A DNA stretch of 64,000 bases from positions 992,001 to 1,056,000 of the forward strand of contig CAXXVZ010000005.1 in the NCBI GenBank assembly GCA_963678065.2, written 5' to 3'. This DNA is from Treponemataceae bacterium (GTDB lineage Bacteria; Spirochaetota; Spirochaetia; Treponematales; Rectinemataceae). Shown here one piece after another: positions 7,275 to 16,985 of this stretch. The notes below the pieces were generated by a model that ran no database searches, was not told where the DNA came from, and saw only the letters and a list, made by a program, of their open reading frames with translations. Within the stretch, counting starts at the first letter, position 1, and the number at the start of each line of letters is the position of its first letter. The position numbers and the translations under genes are program-made.

Positions 7275-10166
7275 CTATTCCCATCCGAGGCTCAAAAGAT
7301 TCGCATAAAGCTTGTACGCTCCCGGCACTAATCCGGTGAGCTGGCGCTCCCATACCACAGAACTGTAGGTGTAGGTACCGGAACCGATCTTGGCATAAAG
7401 GACTGCAGGTCGGTCAAAAACATCGCCGGGATCCCTACCCTGGAAGAGAATCGAATAGCCCAAGTCTTTCAGGTATGCGATCGGGTCGAGCGATGCACCC
7501 GCCGGAACATCGGAAGTCCTCGGTCCGACTGTCCACTCGCAACGCTGCTGAATCCATCCATTCCAGATATCGGATGCCGCCGATTTTCTAGTCGCATCGA
7601 GATCAAGAGCTATCTTGTTAGAACCTGTATAGATTCTGTTATCCGCGCTGTCGCCGAACACGTAAACATCGGAATCTTCCTTGTTGATATTGACACCGCT
7701 CAGATAGAAGGGGACAGGCGCCAGGGTCATCTTTCCCTTCGCGGTATCCGCCGACGATCTCCAGTTCTGATAATGGACAACAAGGTTTCCGCCTTCGGCC
7801 GCAAAATCGAGAAGGTTCCGGTAGTTTGACGCCAGAGCGGGTTTCACCGACATCCCCATCTTGCCGACGACGATCGTGTCGAATTCCGCCTTCAGCGCCG
7901 CTCCGGACTTCGTGAGATCTACGTCACCGAGTATTTTGAGATTCGCTGCTGCCTTTGCCTGATCATTGTACATCAGCTTGATGTAGTTCATCACGAAATC
8001 GTCTTTGCCGGTCGTATAATAACCGATCCGGATATCGTCGCTAGGCAGGCCGAATCCGGCGACCGTCAGATTCTGGACTGCGGCACGGTAATAATTCTTC
8101 TTTTCGATGTGGGCATAATCGATTATCTGAAAGCCCTCGGTATAGGCGGTGCCGCCCAACGTAGCCGAAACCAACATCTTCGTACTCGATTTAAATGTTG
8201 CGGGGATAGCCAGGTTCAGGATGACCGCAACTTCCTGCCCTTCGGAAGCGATACTCACGGTCTTGCTCGACGCGGTTATTCCTGATGCCGGGTCGGCTGG
8301 TACCGCGCTCACCACGATAGCATTTGCCGGGGATTTCATGTTGTTCTTTACAATGATGTTTATCGTGCTTTCCGTCAGCTTCGAACCGGTAAACCTGTTC
8401 ATCGCGCTTTCGTTGGAGACAAGAACCGAAATTTTCGGAACAACCCGGAGATCCGGTTCAGCGGAAACGGAATAGTCCATTCCTTCGGCGGAGAACGTAG
8501 CCCTGGCCTGGATCGGAGAGTGGCTGTACGGATCGGTACTCCTGGTTGTGATTCCCTCGGTCATCTCATTCCATGTTATGACGCCGTCGCCATTGCTGTC
8601 TTTGGAAACTCCATAGGGGAATGCCGGATTGGAATAATATTCATCATACGGCGCATTGAAGGGGCCGGTATAATCCTTGAAATCTTCGGGGACCGTGACC
8701 GTGTACGAATAGGTTTTTCCGCGCAGTTTCGTCGACTGATCGATCTCATCGGCCGGAGTGGATGCGCTGTTTTTGGACGTGACCTTCCAGCCAGCAGGCA
8801 GGCTCATGACAGCAGGTTTGCCCGTGGTATCGAAAAGAGCGGAAGGAACTTCTACCATGCCGCCTCTGAACCAGAGTTTGACCGTGACATCGAAGCTCTG
8901 CCCTGGATGAACATCACCGTCACTGACCGTTACATCCAGTGCCACACCGTATATATCGAGGACAACTTTGGCGATATGCCGTTTCACTCTGTTGACCAAC
9001 TCGAGCGCATAACCCTTTTCAGGAATCGTATCCGGAATCGATTTCCTGAGTGTCGATTCGATTTTTCCCACGGTTTTCTGCGCTGCCGCCATCTCCGTCG
9101 CTATTGAGGTCGGGGAGAGGATTGTGAACTCCGAAACGGCGTTTGCGAGATACCCGTCGAGCCTGATCACATCATCCTTGACCAGCCCCTGCAGCGAAGT
9201 CGGAAGACACGCATAGATCGCGGAAAGCGAAGTGTCGATCGCCCCGAACACCGAGTTATTTTTTGTATCGAAACCAGGTGCGGCTGCTTTCTGCTTCCAC
9301 GCGCTTATCTGACTTCCCTTGACAGGGAAGGCGACCATGTTCTGGCACTTGTGCATGTTGCGTCCAAGGGTACCGGACTCCGCGTATGACATACCGAGCA
9401 CGCTATCGAATTCACCAAGGTCGATCTTGAGGTCAGCGGAATCGACCGGAGCGCCATCCAGCGCCGGCCTCCAAGATGTATAGAATTTCTTCACGGACCA
9501 GGCCGAAAGCTCTGCACGGCCATCGAAATCCTTGATCGTGTAGGAAGGATCAGCCGCCAGCCTGATCGCCTTCTCGATGAGGTATCCGTTCGCCTGATGT
9601 TGTCCGTGATCAAGATAGTCTTGCCTGTGATGTGAGAAAAGAATTTCCGGCCTTTCAGCCCGGAGAATCCGAGCCAGATTGTAAGCCAGGATATCCGGAT
9701 CCCATATGCCTTTCGCTCCGCTCGCTTTGTCGATGAGAGATTCCGCGAGCGAAACAGAATAACCGAAATCATAGGCTCCCCAGTACATTTGGGTCGCACC
9801 GTCAAATTTGCGGGATGAATTGAGTTCCTGCGAGCGAAGCACTCCCAGTGAGCTGTAAAGTTCTTGACCGATCCAGTTGTCTCCGCCTTCGCCCCAGTTG
9901 GAAACAGCATAGCTCGTGTCCGCGTTCAGCGCGCGGTTGAGATACACAAGGAGAGCATTGTTCTCGTCATCCGGATGTGCCCCGACGAACAAGATTTTTG
10001 CTGTCGAACGAAGCATTTTTACATCGTTCAGCACATCGGCGGCACCCTTAATGGGAGCGTACTTCAACTCCGGCGACGGCGTCGCGACTGCGGGGGCTGC
10101 AAGTATCAGACCGAGAATCATCATGCCCGCAAGCATGCCGATCATTTTTTTCGCTCTTTTCTGCAT
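7275..10166 (-). CDS. Secreted PIG-L/LmbE family de-N-acetylase with Ig/NEW3-like and C-terminal glutamine-amidotransferase-like domains
   Basis: Signal peptide; GAHPDDE, GEGGDN, LGVLRSQEL, DFGYS, DHGQH; C-terminal FAAEGGNLVVHYQ and RQLTGLVPGAYKLYANLLS; SD AAGGAGG. Confidence 0.85.
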   Translation of the reverse strand: MQKRAKKMIGMLAGMMILGLILAAPAVATPSPELKYAPIKGAADVLNDVKMLRSTAKILFVGAHPDDENNALLVYLNRALNADTSYAVSNWGEGGDNWIGQELYSSLGVLRSQELNSSRKFDGATQMYWGAYDFGYSVSLAESLIDKASGAKGIWDPDILAYNLARILRAERPEILFSHHRQDYLDHGQHQANGYLIEKAIRLAADPSYTIKDFDGRAELSAWSVKKFYTSWRPALDGAPVDSADLKIDLGEFDSVLGMSYAESGTLGRNMHKCQNMVAFPVKGSQISAWKQKAAAPGFDTKNNSVFGAIDTSLSAIYACLPTSLQGLVKDDVIRLDGYLANAVSEFTILSPTSIATEMAAAQKTVGKIESTLRKSIPDTIPEKGYALELVNRVKRHIAKVVLDIYGVALDVTVSDGDVHPGQSFDVTVKLWFRGGMVEVPSALFDTTGKPAVMSLPAGWKVTSKNSASTPADEIDQSTKLRGKTYSYTVTVPEDFKDYTGPFNAPYDEYYSNPAFPYGVSKDSNGDGVITWNEMTEGITTRSTDPYSHSPIQARATFSAEGMDYSVSAEPDLRVVPKISVLVSNESAMNRFTGSKLTESTINIIVKNNMKSPANAIVVSAVPADPASGITASSKTVSIASEGQEVAVILNLAIPATFKSSTKMLVSATLGGTAYTEGFQIIDYAHIEKKNYYRAAVQNLTVAGFGLPSDDIRIGYYTTGKDDFVMNYIKLMYNDQAKAAANLKILGDVDLTKSGAALKAEFDTIVVGKMGMSVKPALASNYRNLLDFAAEGGNLVVHYQNWRSSADTAKGKMTLAPVPFYLSGVNINKEDSDVYVFGDSADNRIYTGSNKIALDLDATRKSAASDIWNGWIQQRCEWTVGPRTSDVPAGASLDPIAYLKDLGYSILFQGRDPGDVFDRPAVLYAKIGSGTYTYSSVVWERQLTGLVPGAYKLYANLLSLGWE

Positions 10167-10250
10167 AAATGCCTCCTTTCTCACATACCTCAATACGCCG
10201 GGATGTGTTCCCGGTTCATGGGTCTCTTCGTAGCGGACAGTGTCCGTTCT

Positions 10251-10290
10251 TCCCTTTATCCCTTTATCCCTTTATCCCTTTATCCCTTTA
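10251..10290. repeat. Perfect 8-bp tandem repeat (TCCCTTTA)x5
   Basis: Five exact copies counted; overlaps the permease stop codon at 10280-10282. Confidence 0.97.
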
Positions 10291-11110
10291 CCGCTCCTGC
10301 CGTCATACCCGAAATGAAATAGCGATGAAGCGCGAGGTAAACCATGATGACCGGCAAGGTCATCATGGTCGCGCCCATCGCGGTCAGGGGCGCGTTCGCG
10401 ATATATTTTCCCTGAAAAAAGGCCATACCGACTGGCAGTGTTCGCAAACTGTCGGAGCTGATGATGACGAGAGCGAGGAGAAATTCGTTCCATGTCCAGA
10501 TGAAGAACAGAAGCGCGAGAACGGTCAGCGATGGAGCCATCGTAGGAACCAGAACACGCCAGAGAATCTTCCAGGTTCCCGCTCCATCGATTTCCGCCGC
10601 TTCGACAAGCGGCCGCGGAACATCCCTGAACGATGCGTGCAGAAAGTAGATGCCGAACGGCATACTCATGCCGATCTGAACCATGATTAGTCCCGGAAGC
10701 TGGTTCAAAAGACCGATTTTCAGCAACAGATAGTAGACCTGGATCATGACTACTTCCATGGGCAAGGTCATGCCGACAATGAACAAACCGAGAATGCCAT
10801 TTCTGAAAGGAAGTCTGAAAACGCTCAGCGCGTAGGCGCCCATGATCGAGAACAGAATCGATACGACCACCACGGGAACTGCTACAACAATGCTGTTCAG
10901 GTAATAATTGCCGAATTTCCCCTGCTTCCACGCACCGGCAATATTGCCTGTCTCCCATTTTTTCGGAAAACCCAGCGTGTTGGTGATCAGCTCGGATTTG
11001 GATTTGAATGCGGTCGACCACGTCATGAAGAATGGCAAAAGGGCATATACGACAAACAGAAGGAGAACCGCAAACATGATGCCATCGACAAAGGATTTAC
11101 GCGATTTCAT
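10280..11110 (-). CDS. Carbohydrate ABC permease (MalG-like)
   Basis: EAAEIDGAG EAA loop; WNEFLLAL; C-terminal GAVKG. Confidence 0.95.
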   Translation of the reverse strand: MKSRKSFVDGIMFAVLLLFVVYALLPFFMTWSTAFKSKSELITNTLGFPKKWETGNIAGAWKQGKFGNYYLNSIVVAVPVVVVSILFSIMGAYALSVFRLPFRNGILGLFIVGMTLPMEVVMIQVYYLLLKIGLLNQLPGLIMVQIGMSMPFGIYFLHASFRDVPRPLVEAAEIDGAGTWKILWRVLVPTMAPSLTVLALLFFIWTWNEFLLALVIISSDSLRTLPVGMAFFQGKYIANAPLTAMGATMMTLPVIMVYLALHRYFISGMTAGAVKG

Positions 11111-11996
11111 AGTCTTCCCCGGATCGTGAAAGCCGGCTGAGCAAGAAGGCGAGCAGGAATATGAGTAGGGCGAGGGTTACGGCCAAAGCCGATGCATACC
11201 CGATCCGGTTGAACTGAAAGGCATTCTTGAAAACATACAGGGAGAGCACTTCAGTGCTGTTGCCCGGTCCCCCTTTGGTCATGACATATACAAGATCGAA
11301 TGTCTTCAGTGTCGAGATGAAGAGGAAGCTCGTCACAACGCCGATTTCTTTTGTCAGCAGAGGCAGGCTGATGCGATGGAATTTCTGAAACCGGGTGACG
11401 CCATCCATGTCTCCGGCTTCATAGAGCGACAATGGAATGCGTTTGTAGCCCGAAAGGAAAACAACGAACGCGAAGCCAAAGTTGACCCACGAGCCCGTAA
11501 GGCCGATGGCGGTGAGGGCCGTGGCCGAATCGCCGAGCCAGCCGCGAGAAAGGGATTCAAGTCCTGCTGCCTTAAGGAGGGCTTCAAGCAGACCGGTTCC
11601 GGGATTGTAGATCCATTTCCAGATGACCGAGACCACAACCAGCGAGAGTATCTGCGGCATGAAAAAGACGAGTTCGAATATCTTGGCCCTCTTGTTTTTA
11701 CTGGCTTCGACGACAGTCGCCAGGAAAAGGCCGATGCATCCGGGAACGACAAGGAGGAAGATGACCAAGAAAAAATTGTTTTTCAGCGCACCGAAGAATC
11801 GGGGATCGCCCGCGAGTTCGAGATAGTTTCGTAAACCGACATAGACCCGTCCGCTCAGTCCATTCCAGTCAAAGAAGCTCGTCGAAATGGTCATGCACAC
11901 AGGCACAAGAACAAAACTTGCATACACCAACGTGGCCGGCAGCAGGTAGGCGAGAGCTTTAGGAACCGACGTGTAAGGACTTCTCGGCGTTTTCAT
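11097..11996 (-). CDS. Carbohydrate ABC permease (MalF-like)
   Basis: LYEAGDMDG; FDLVYVMTKGGPG; GYASALA. Confidence 0.95.
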   Translation of the reverse strand: MKTPRSPYTSVPKALAYLLPATLVYASFVLVPVCMTISTSFFDWNGLSGRVYVGLRNYLELAGDPRFFGALKNNFFLVIFLLVVPGCIGLFLATVVEASKNKRAKIFELVFFMPQILSLVVVSVIWKWIYNPGTGLLEALLKAAGLESLSRGWLGDSATALTAIGLTGSWVNFGFAFVVFLSGYKRIPLSLYEAGDMDGVTRFQKFHRISLPLLTKEIGVVTSFLFISTLKTFDLVYVMTKGGPGNSTEVLSLYVFKNAFQFNRIGYASALAVTLALLIFLLAFLLSRLSRSGEDYEIA

Positions 11997-12008
11997 GTCT
12001 TCTATTCC

Positions 12009-13361
12009 CTATCGCAGGATAATCCGATCGCCCTGCGCTTCCAGAATTCTGTTCAAAAGCTCGTCTGCTTTTGCAGGATGGGCGAGCAGAGGATTCATCG
12101 AGAGGGCCTTCCGCGCCATTCGCAGGTCGAATGTCACAGCGGCTTCCGACGTCATGCGTTCGTACGCCTTGGCCGAACGCACAAGGGACGCGAGATCCTC
12201 GGGGAGGCGGGGATCGAATGGAACGGGGCTGAGGCCATTCCTGTCTATCCTGCACGAAACCTCGATGACGTCTGCGGCTTCCAGCCACGAGCAGAAACCG
12301 CCATTGCGGACATTAACCGGCAGCTCCGTCGCGCCGTTTCCGGACAATGCGCGCATGATCATGATGGCCACATCATCGTAGCCGAAGGAAATGCCTTTTT
12401 CAAAAAGCGAGAAGTCTTTTTTTTCGCGGACGTTGCCCGATTCAGTGGCCATGTAACCGGCCTCACGCCCTGCCAGGTATGCTTCGTACGCGGCAACAGG
12501 GTCCAGGTCGGGGTCGGTCAGCCTGCGAAATAACTCTGCATTATCCCGAGCTATCCCCTCCCCTCTTGTCGTTCCGGATACCTTCAGCTTTTCAACAATA
12601 TCATCCCTGAATAGATAGAAAAGCAGGTATTCGTTGGGAATGATCCCATATCGACGCATGTGCGGAATCAGAGAGCTGTATAGCGGTTCGTACGAGGCAA
12701 ACGCTTCTGCCATGTCTCCGGTGAGATCAGCGATTTTTTCTTCGCCTCCGATCTTGACCGAAGTCACCCACCCCAGATGATTAAGTCCGAAATAGCGGAT
12801 GGCAACATCGACGGCCGGAACACCGTAGATAGTGGCGGCAATTCGTTGTATCGCGACAGGAGCATCGCAGATTCCGACAACGCGGGGATTTCGTGAATGA
12901 TCGAGAAGAGCCTGTGTGAGTATACCTGAGGGATTTGTGAAATTTATATACCATGCTTCAGGGCATACCCGGAATGCAAGGTCGGCATAGCGAAGACTCG
13001 GCGGAATGCTGCGCATTGCCATGGAAAACCCGCCTGGGCCGACAGTTTCCTGGCCGAGTTCCCCCATCGCCAATGGAACTTTTTCGTCCAGAACACGCGC
13101 AAAATCTCCCCCCTGCCTGAAACTCGAAAATATGTAGTCGGCGCTTTCCAGAGCCGACTCTATGCTGTCCGCTGTTCCGATTTCGGTACCGCCGCCGAAG
13201 TGTTCGGCAACCCTGTCGACGACGCGCATGATGTTCGTCGCGCGGCTTTGATCAGTGTCAAACAGTGTTATTTTTTGTAGTGGCAGATCCTGCTGAAGCA
13301 GAAGACCGCGGACAAGCAGCGGAGTCCGCACGGAGCCGCCTCCCAGGACGGTAATTTTCAT
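12009..13361 (-). CDS. Glycoside hydrolase family 4 (6-phospho-beta-glucosidase-like)
   Basis: KITVLGGGS, GQETVGPGG, INFTNPSG, GICDAP, GLNHLGW, PNEYL. Confidence 0.9.
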   Translation of the reverse strand: MKITVLGGGSVRTPLLVRGLLLQQDLPLQKITLFDTDQSRATNIMRVVDRVAEHFGGGTEIGTADSIESALESADYIFSSFRQGGDFARVLDEKVPLAMGELGQETVGPGGFSMAMRSIPPSLRYADLAFRVCPEAWYINFTNPSGILTQALLDHSRNPRVVGICDAPVAIQRIAATIYGVPAVDVAIRYFGLNHLGWVTSVKIGGEEKIADLTGDMAEAFASYEPLYSSLIPHMRRYGIIPNEYLLFYLFRDDIVEKLKVSGTTRGEGIARDNAELFRRLTDPDLDPVAAYEAYLAGREAGYMATESGNVREKKDFSLFEKGISFGYDDVAIMIMRALSGNGATELPVNVRNGGFCSWLEAADVIEVSCRIDRNGLSPVPFDPRLPEDLASLVRSAKAYERMTSEAAVTFDLRMARKALSMNPLLAHPAKADELLNRILEAQGDRIILR

Positions 13362-14338
13362 GGCAAAACGCTCCTCATCGATGTGTCGGTCCCGAGTTCG
13401 TCCCTGAGCGCCAATAAAAGATCCTCGCGCGGTATGGAGCTGACTGACGCAACGGTAGCCGCGCCGACCCGGACAGAAAACGAAGCGGATTCCTCTGCAG
13501 TCAGACCGGCGGCCAATGAGGCGATAAAGGCCGCAGCAAAACTGTCGCCGGCTCCGCAGGTATTCAGAACAGGTACAGGGACGGAAGGAATATGCACCAT
13601 GCGTACCGGTACATCATGGTTCCTGCCCGCGTTGCCCGGGATTGCCAGCATGCAGCCTTCCTGTCCAAGGGTCATAACAGGCATCGGAACATACTGCCTC
13701 AAGAGCGACATGGCTTTTTCAGGATCGGCGGTCTTGCAAACCATCGCGGCTTCGTCGTTGTTCAGAAAAAAGACATCAAGTAGTCGCAGAATTTCCCAAC
13801 ATGAGGCATCCCATCCTTCTGCTTCGGCAAATCCGATGCCCGCCGAAATATGGACACCCTGCGCACGCGCCGCACATACAGCGGTTTTTATCTCTTCATC
13901 GCGCAAATATTCGAATGCGATGTGCATGCCAGACACAGGCGGGTCAATCCGAATCCGCTGCTCAATGCTCTGCGCAATGCTGTGCAGATCCGTGGATCTC
14001 GAATTGCCCGCGGTTACGAAAAACCTGTCACCTTTATACGGAAATACAATACTGGTCGGCGTCGCGCATGCACTGCGGGATATCGCCGCAGTACCGACGC
14101 CGTATCGATCGAGCCGCTCCCATACGAATTGCCCGGCAGGATCGCCCCCTACTGCCGACACCAACTCGACCGGTCGTCCAAGAAGGGCCAGCACAGCCGC
14201 TGTTATACCGACCCCTCCTGGCGAAAACTCTACGGAATCAATGAATACTTCCCTTCCATTTTCCGGTAATCCATCAAATCCCGCCAGAATGATATCGAGG
14301 AAAACGGGGCCGGCAACGAGTATCGTTGGTAGCCTCAT
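13358..14338 (-). CDS. PfkB/ribokinase family carbohydrate kinase
   Basis: PGGVG, VGGDPAG, FLNNDEA, NTCGAGDSF anion-hole motif. Confidence 0.92.
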   Translation of the reverse strand: MRLPTILVAGPVFLDIILAGFDGLPENGREVFIDSVEFSPGGVGITAAVLALLGRPVELVSAVGGDPAGQFVWERLDRYGVGTAAISRSACATPTSIVFPYKGDRFFVTAGNSRSTDLHSIAQSIEQRIRIDPPVSGMHIAFEYLRDEEIKTAVCAARAQGVHISAGIGFAEAEGWDASCWEILRLLDVFFLNNDEAAMVCKTADPEKAMSLLRQYVPMPVMTLGQEGCMLAIPGNAGRNHDVPVRMVHIPSVPVPVLNTCGAGDSFAAAFIASLAAGLTAEESASFSVRVGAATVASVSSIPREDLLLALRDELGTDTSMRSVLP

Positions 14339-14374
14339 TTGATCCTCTCCCGTTTTGCCCGAAGTTTCATTTTT

Positions 14375-15637
14375 TTACTTTGCTGATCCGATGAACTTGG
14401 CGTAATCGGCGTCGAGAGACTTGACGAAATCCTGGGGAGTCATTTCAAGCGCCATGAGCTTCTGGACTGCCGCTGAAGTCGTGTCGTAGAAGGTGGGAGT
14501 GACCCAATCGATGTAGTACCCGATCGCGTCGCCGTCAACAGCCTTCTTGTACGCTTTCACGATGTCCTTGAAAAGATCGTCTGAGCCCGTCACATCGGAT
14601 TCGTTTATGCCGACGGCCGGAAGCATAAGCTCGGAAGCCCAGAGTTTTGCGATATCCTTGCGGGAGAGGAAGTCCAGGAACTTGATCGCCGCGTCGACAT
14701 TTTTCGATTTGGACGAGACGCAGAAAGGAATGCCGGGAGCACCGATAGCCTTGAGATTCGCGGCTTTGTCGGTCGGCATGAGGAAGAATCCGACTTTGAA
14801 GTTTTCTATTTTGGAGAACTCGCCCTGGAGCCAGTTTCCGGTGAACATGAGGGCGCTGTCCCCCCTCATGAATGAAGCGGCCGAATCGTCGTAGCCGATC
14901 GCGGCAAAGTTCTTGCTGAAATAGCCGGCCTTTACCCATGCCTGCAATGTTTCGGCTGCCTTGATGTTCGCACTCGCCATCCAGAAGGTGCCTTTTGTTC
15001 CGCTCATCATGTCATCCAGTTCGTTGCGGGTCGTCAAGACATGCTGGATGCCGCTCCATTCGTGTATTCCCGTCCAGCCATCGAGATTCCCGAAGTTGAT
15101 CGGTGTATAACCCGCTTTCTTGACCTTGTCGAGCGTGGCTTGCAGCTCCGAGAACGTCTGCGGAATTTTGAGGCCCAGTTTTTCGAAAATTCCCTTGTTG
15201 TAGAAAAAACCGACGATTTCGGCGGTTGACGAAACACCGTAGGTCTTGCCTTTGTAACCCATGAGCTTGAGCGCCGAGTCGGAAAATATCGAATTCCATT
15301 TTTTGACTTTGGCGGTAGCAGTCAGATCGACAAGAAGTCCCGCTTTGACAAATACACCCATATCGGCCTCGCCCTGGTTGACCTGCATGATGTCAGGTCC
15401 GGTTCCGGACTCGACAGCCATTTTCAGAACCAACTTGAGGTCATCGAGGGTCTTGGTCGTGCGATCGATTACAATAGTCGGATTTTCATCATGGAACTTG
15501 GCTATCGTCTGTTCCATGATGGAAGATTCGACATCGCGATAGAACTGATCCCACAGAACGAGTTTAGTCGTTCCCTGTGCAAAACCAGTCGCCAGTGCGC
15601 ACATCACGAAAAGCAGGAAAATTCCCGTTTTTTTCAC
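14375..15637 (-). CDS. Carbohydrate ABC substrate-binding protein
   Basis: Signal peptide ...ATGFAQ; GPDIM, GLLVDLT, FYNKGIFEKLG; SD AAGGAG before GTG 15637. Confidence 0.92.
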   Translation of the reverse strand: MKKTGIFLLFVMCALATGFAQGTTKLVLWDQFYRDVESSIMEQTIAKFHDENPTIVIDRTTKTLDDLKLVLKMAVESGTGPDIMQVNQGEADMGVFVKAGLLVDLTATAKVKKWNSIFSDSALKLMGYKGKTYGVSSTAEIVGFFYNKGIFEKLGLKIPQTFSELQATLDKVKKAGYTPINFGNLDGWTGIHEWSGIQHVLTTRNELDDMMSGTKGTFWMASANIKAAETLQAWVKAGYFSKNFAAIGYDDSAASFMRGDSALMFTGNWLQGEFSKIENFKVGFFLMPTDKAANLKAIGAPGIPFCVSSKSKNVDAAIKFLDFLSRKDIAKLWASELMLPAVGINESDVTGSDDLFKDIVKAYKKAVDGDAIGYYIDWVTPTFYDTTSAAVQKLMALEMTPQDFVKSLDADYAKFIGSAK

Positions 15638-15681
15638 GACTTCTCCTTCTGGCATTCTTTGTCATCAGCCAGTTTAGGGCA

Positions 15682-15710
15682 ATCATAACGGGAAAACGTT
15701 TTCCTGTCAA
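15682..15710 (-). promoter_or_regulatory. Sigma70 promoter TTGACA-17-TATGAT with a LacI-type operator in the spacer
   Basis: Perfect palindrome GGAAAACGTTTTCC (15691-15704) between -35 (15710-15705) and -10 (15687-15682). Confidence 0.88.
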
Positions 15711-15854
15711 TGAAAAAGGTTCAAATATCAATTTCTCCTTCACTTCGCCCATGGCTCAGCGATACTCGTCAGAGCGACAAAACGAGAAACTAGTGAAAAG
15801 GAATGCTTGATACAGGCTATCTGGGCGCAGGTCGGAAGCGTGTGTCTGCCAGTC

Positions 15855-16880
15855 TCAAAAGGTCGCGGCGGCTGGAGAAGAGCAGGAACCGCGAATGACG
15901 ATCCTGTACGGGATGATAATTCTCCGCGCCTCGCCCGATATGCGATTCTTCATTATTTCGAATAAGGTTGAAACAGTAGTCTCGCCAATTCGCGCCGTAT
16001 CCTGCCGCACCGTCGTAAGCGGCGGACGGGTATAAGCGCTGACCGCAATATCGTCAAAGCCGAGAACAGATACCTGGTCAGGAATGGAAAGGCCGATATC
16101 CCATGCGGCTTTCATCACGCCGATCGCCATTTCGTCATTCGCCGCGAAAACTGCGGTCGGCAGCATCGTGCCGGAGAAAAATCGCAGGGCAGCGCTTCTT
16201 CCTGATTCCAGCGAATAATCGCCTGTCGTCACGAGCGGTTCCAGTGACTTGCTCTCCATGGCGGCCAGATAGCCGGCAAGTCTGTTCCGCTCTGTCGATC
16301 CTTCATCATTGCCATTGATGAATCCGATCGACCGGTGCCCGAGATCCAGAAGATACTGTGTCCCGTCGAATGCAGCTTGATATTCGTCGACGCCGATGCT
16401 CGGCACCATGAGTCCCCCGATTTCGATCGTCGAGAGTACAATGGGGATAGATGTCGATCGCAGTACTTTCATGATGGACTCATCGTTCGACTCGTGCATG
16501 AGAATGATGCCGTCTACATGCTTGCGCTTGAGCAGATCAAGGTAGGCTATTTCGTCAGCATTGTCATTTTGCCTGACTGTGCAGGTAATTATCTTGAATC
16601 CCGCGGCCGCAATGTGTGAATTCAGGGATAGAAAAAGCGCATTGAAGAAAGAGAGCGACACATCAGGCATGACCAGCCCGATAGTGTTTGTTTTGCCGAG
16701 TACCATCGTGCGGGCATTGGAATCGGGAGCGTAATCGCGTGCCTTGACAATATCACGTACCCGCTGGGCGATGACTTCGCTCACTGGCTTCGTTCCATTG
16801 AGGACCCGCGATATCGTGGAGATGGATACGCCCGCTTCCTGCGCAATATCCTTTATAGTAATGCTTTTACCATTTTCCAT
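15855..16880 (-). CDS. LacI family transcriptional regulator
   Basis: ITIKDIAQEAGVSISTISRVLN HTH; ANDEMAIG; GFDDI; PLTTVRQ. Confidence 0.96.
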   Translation of the reverse strand: MENGKSITIKDIAQEAGVSISTISRVLNGTKPVSEVIAQRVRDIVKARDYAPDSNARTMVLGKTNTIGLVMPDVSLSFFNALFLSLNSHIAAAGFKIITCTVRQNDNADEIAYLDLLKRKHVDGIILMHESNDESIMKVLRSTSIPIVLSTIEIGGLMVPSIGVDEYQAAFDGTQYLLDLGHRSIGFINGNDEGSTERNRLAGYLAAMESKSLEPLVTTGDYSLESGRSAALRFFSGTMLPTAVFAANDEMAIGVMKAAWDIGLSIPDQVSVLGFDDIAVSAYTRPPLTTVRQDTARIGETTVSTLFEIMKNRISGEARRIIIPYRIVIRGSCSSPAAATF

Positions 16881-16985
16881 GCTTGTGATAATCTCTTCTT
16901 TCACTATACACAGCTTGGCCGCATAGTGGCAACAATGTTTGGGGTGGAGATCGATAGCGATAATAAAGATGGACTTCGGGCGTGC

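Noticed and set aside
10251..10290. Short repeat as a CRISPR array or telomere-like repeat
   Set aside because: No spacers and no cas genes; it is a simple 8-bp tandem repeat derived from the gene end.
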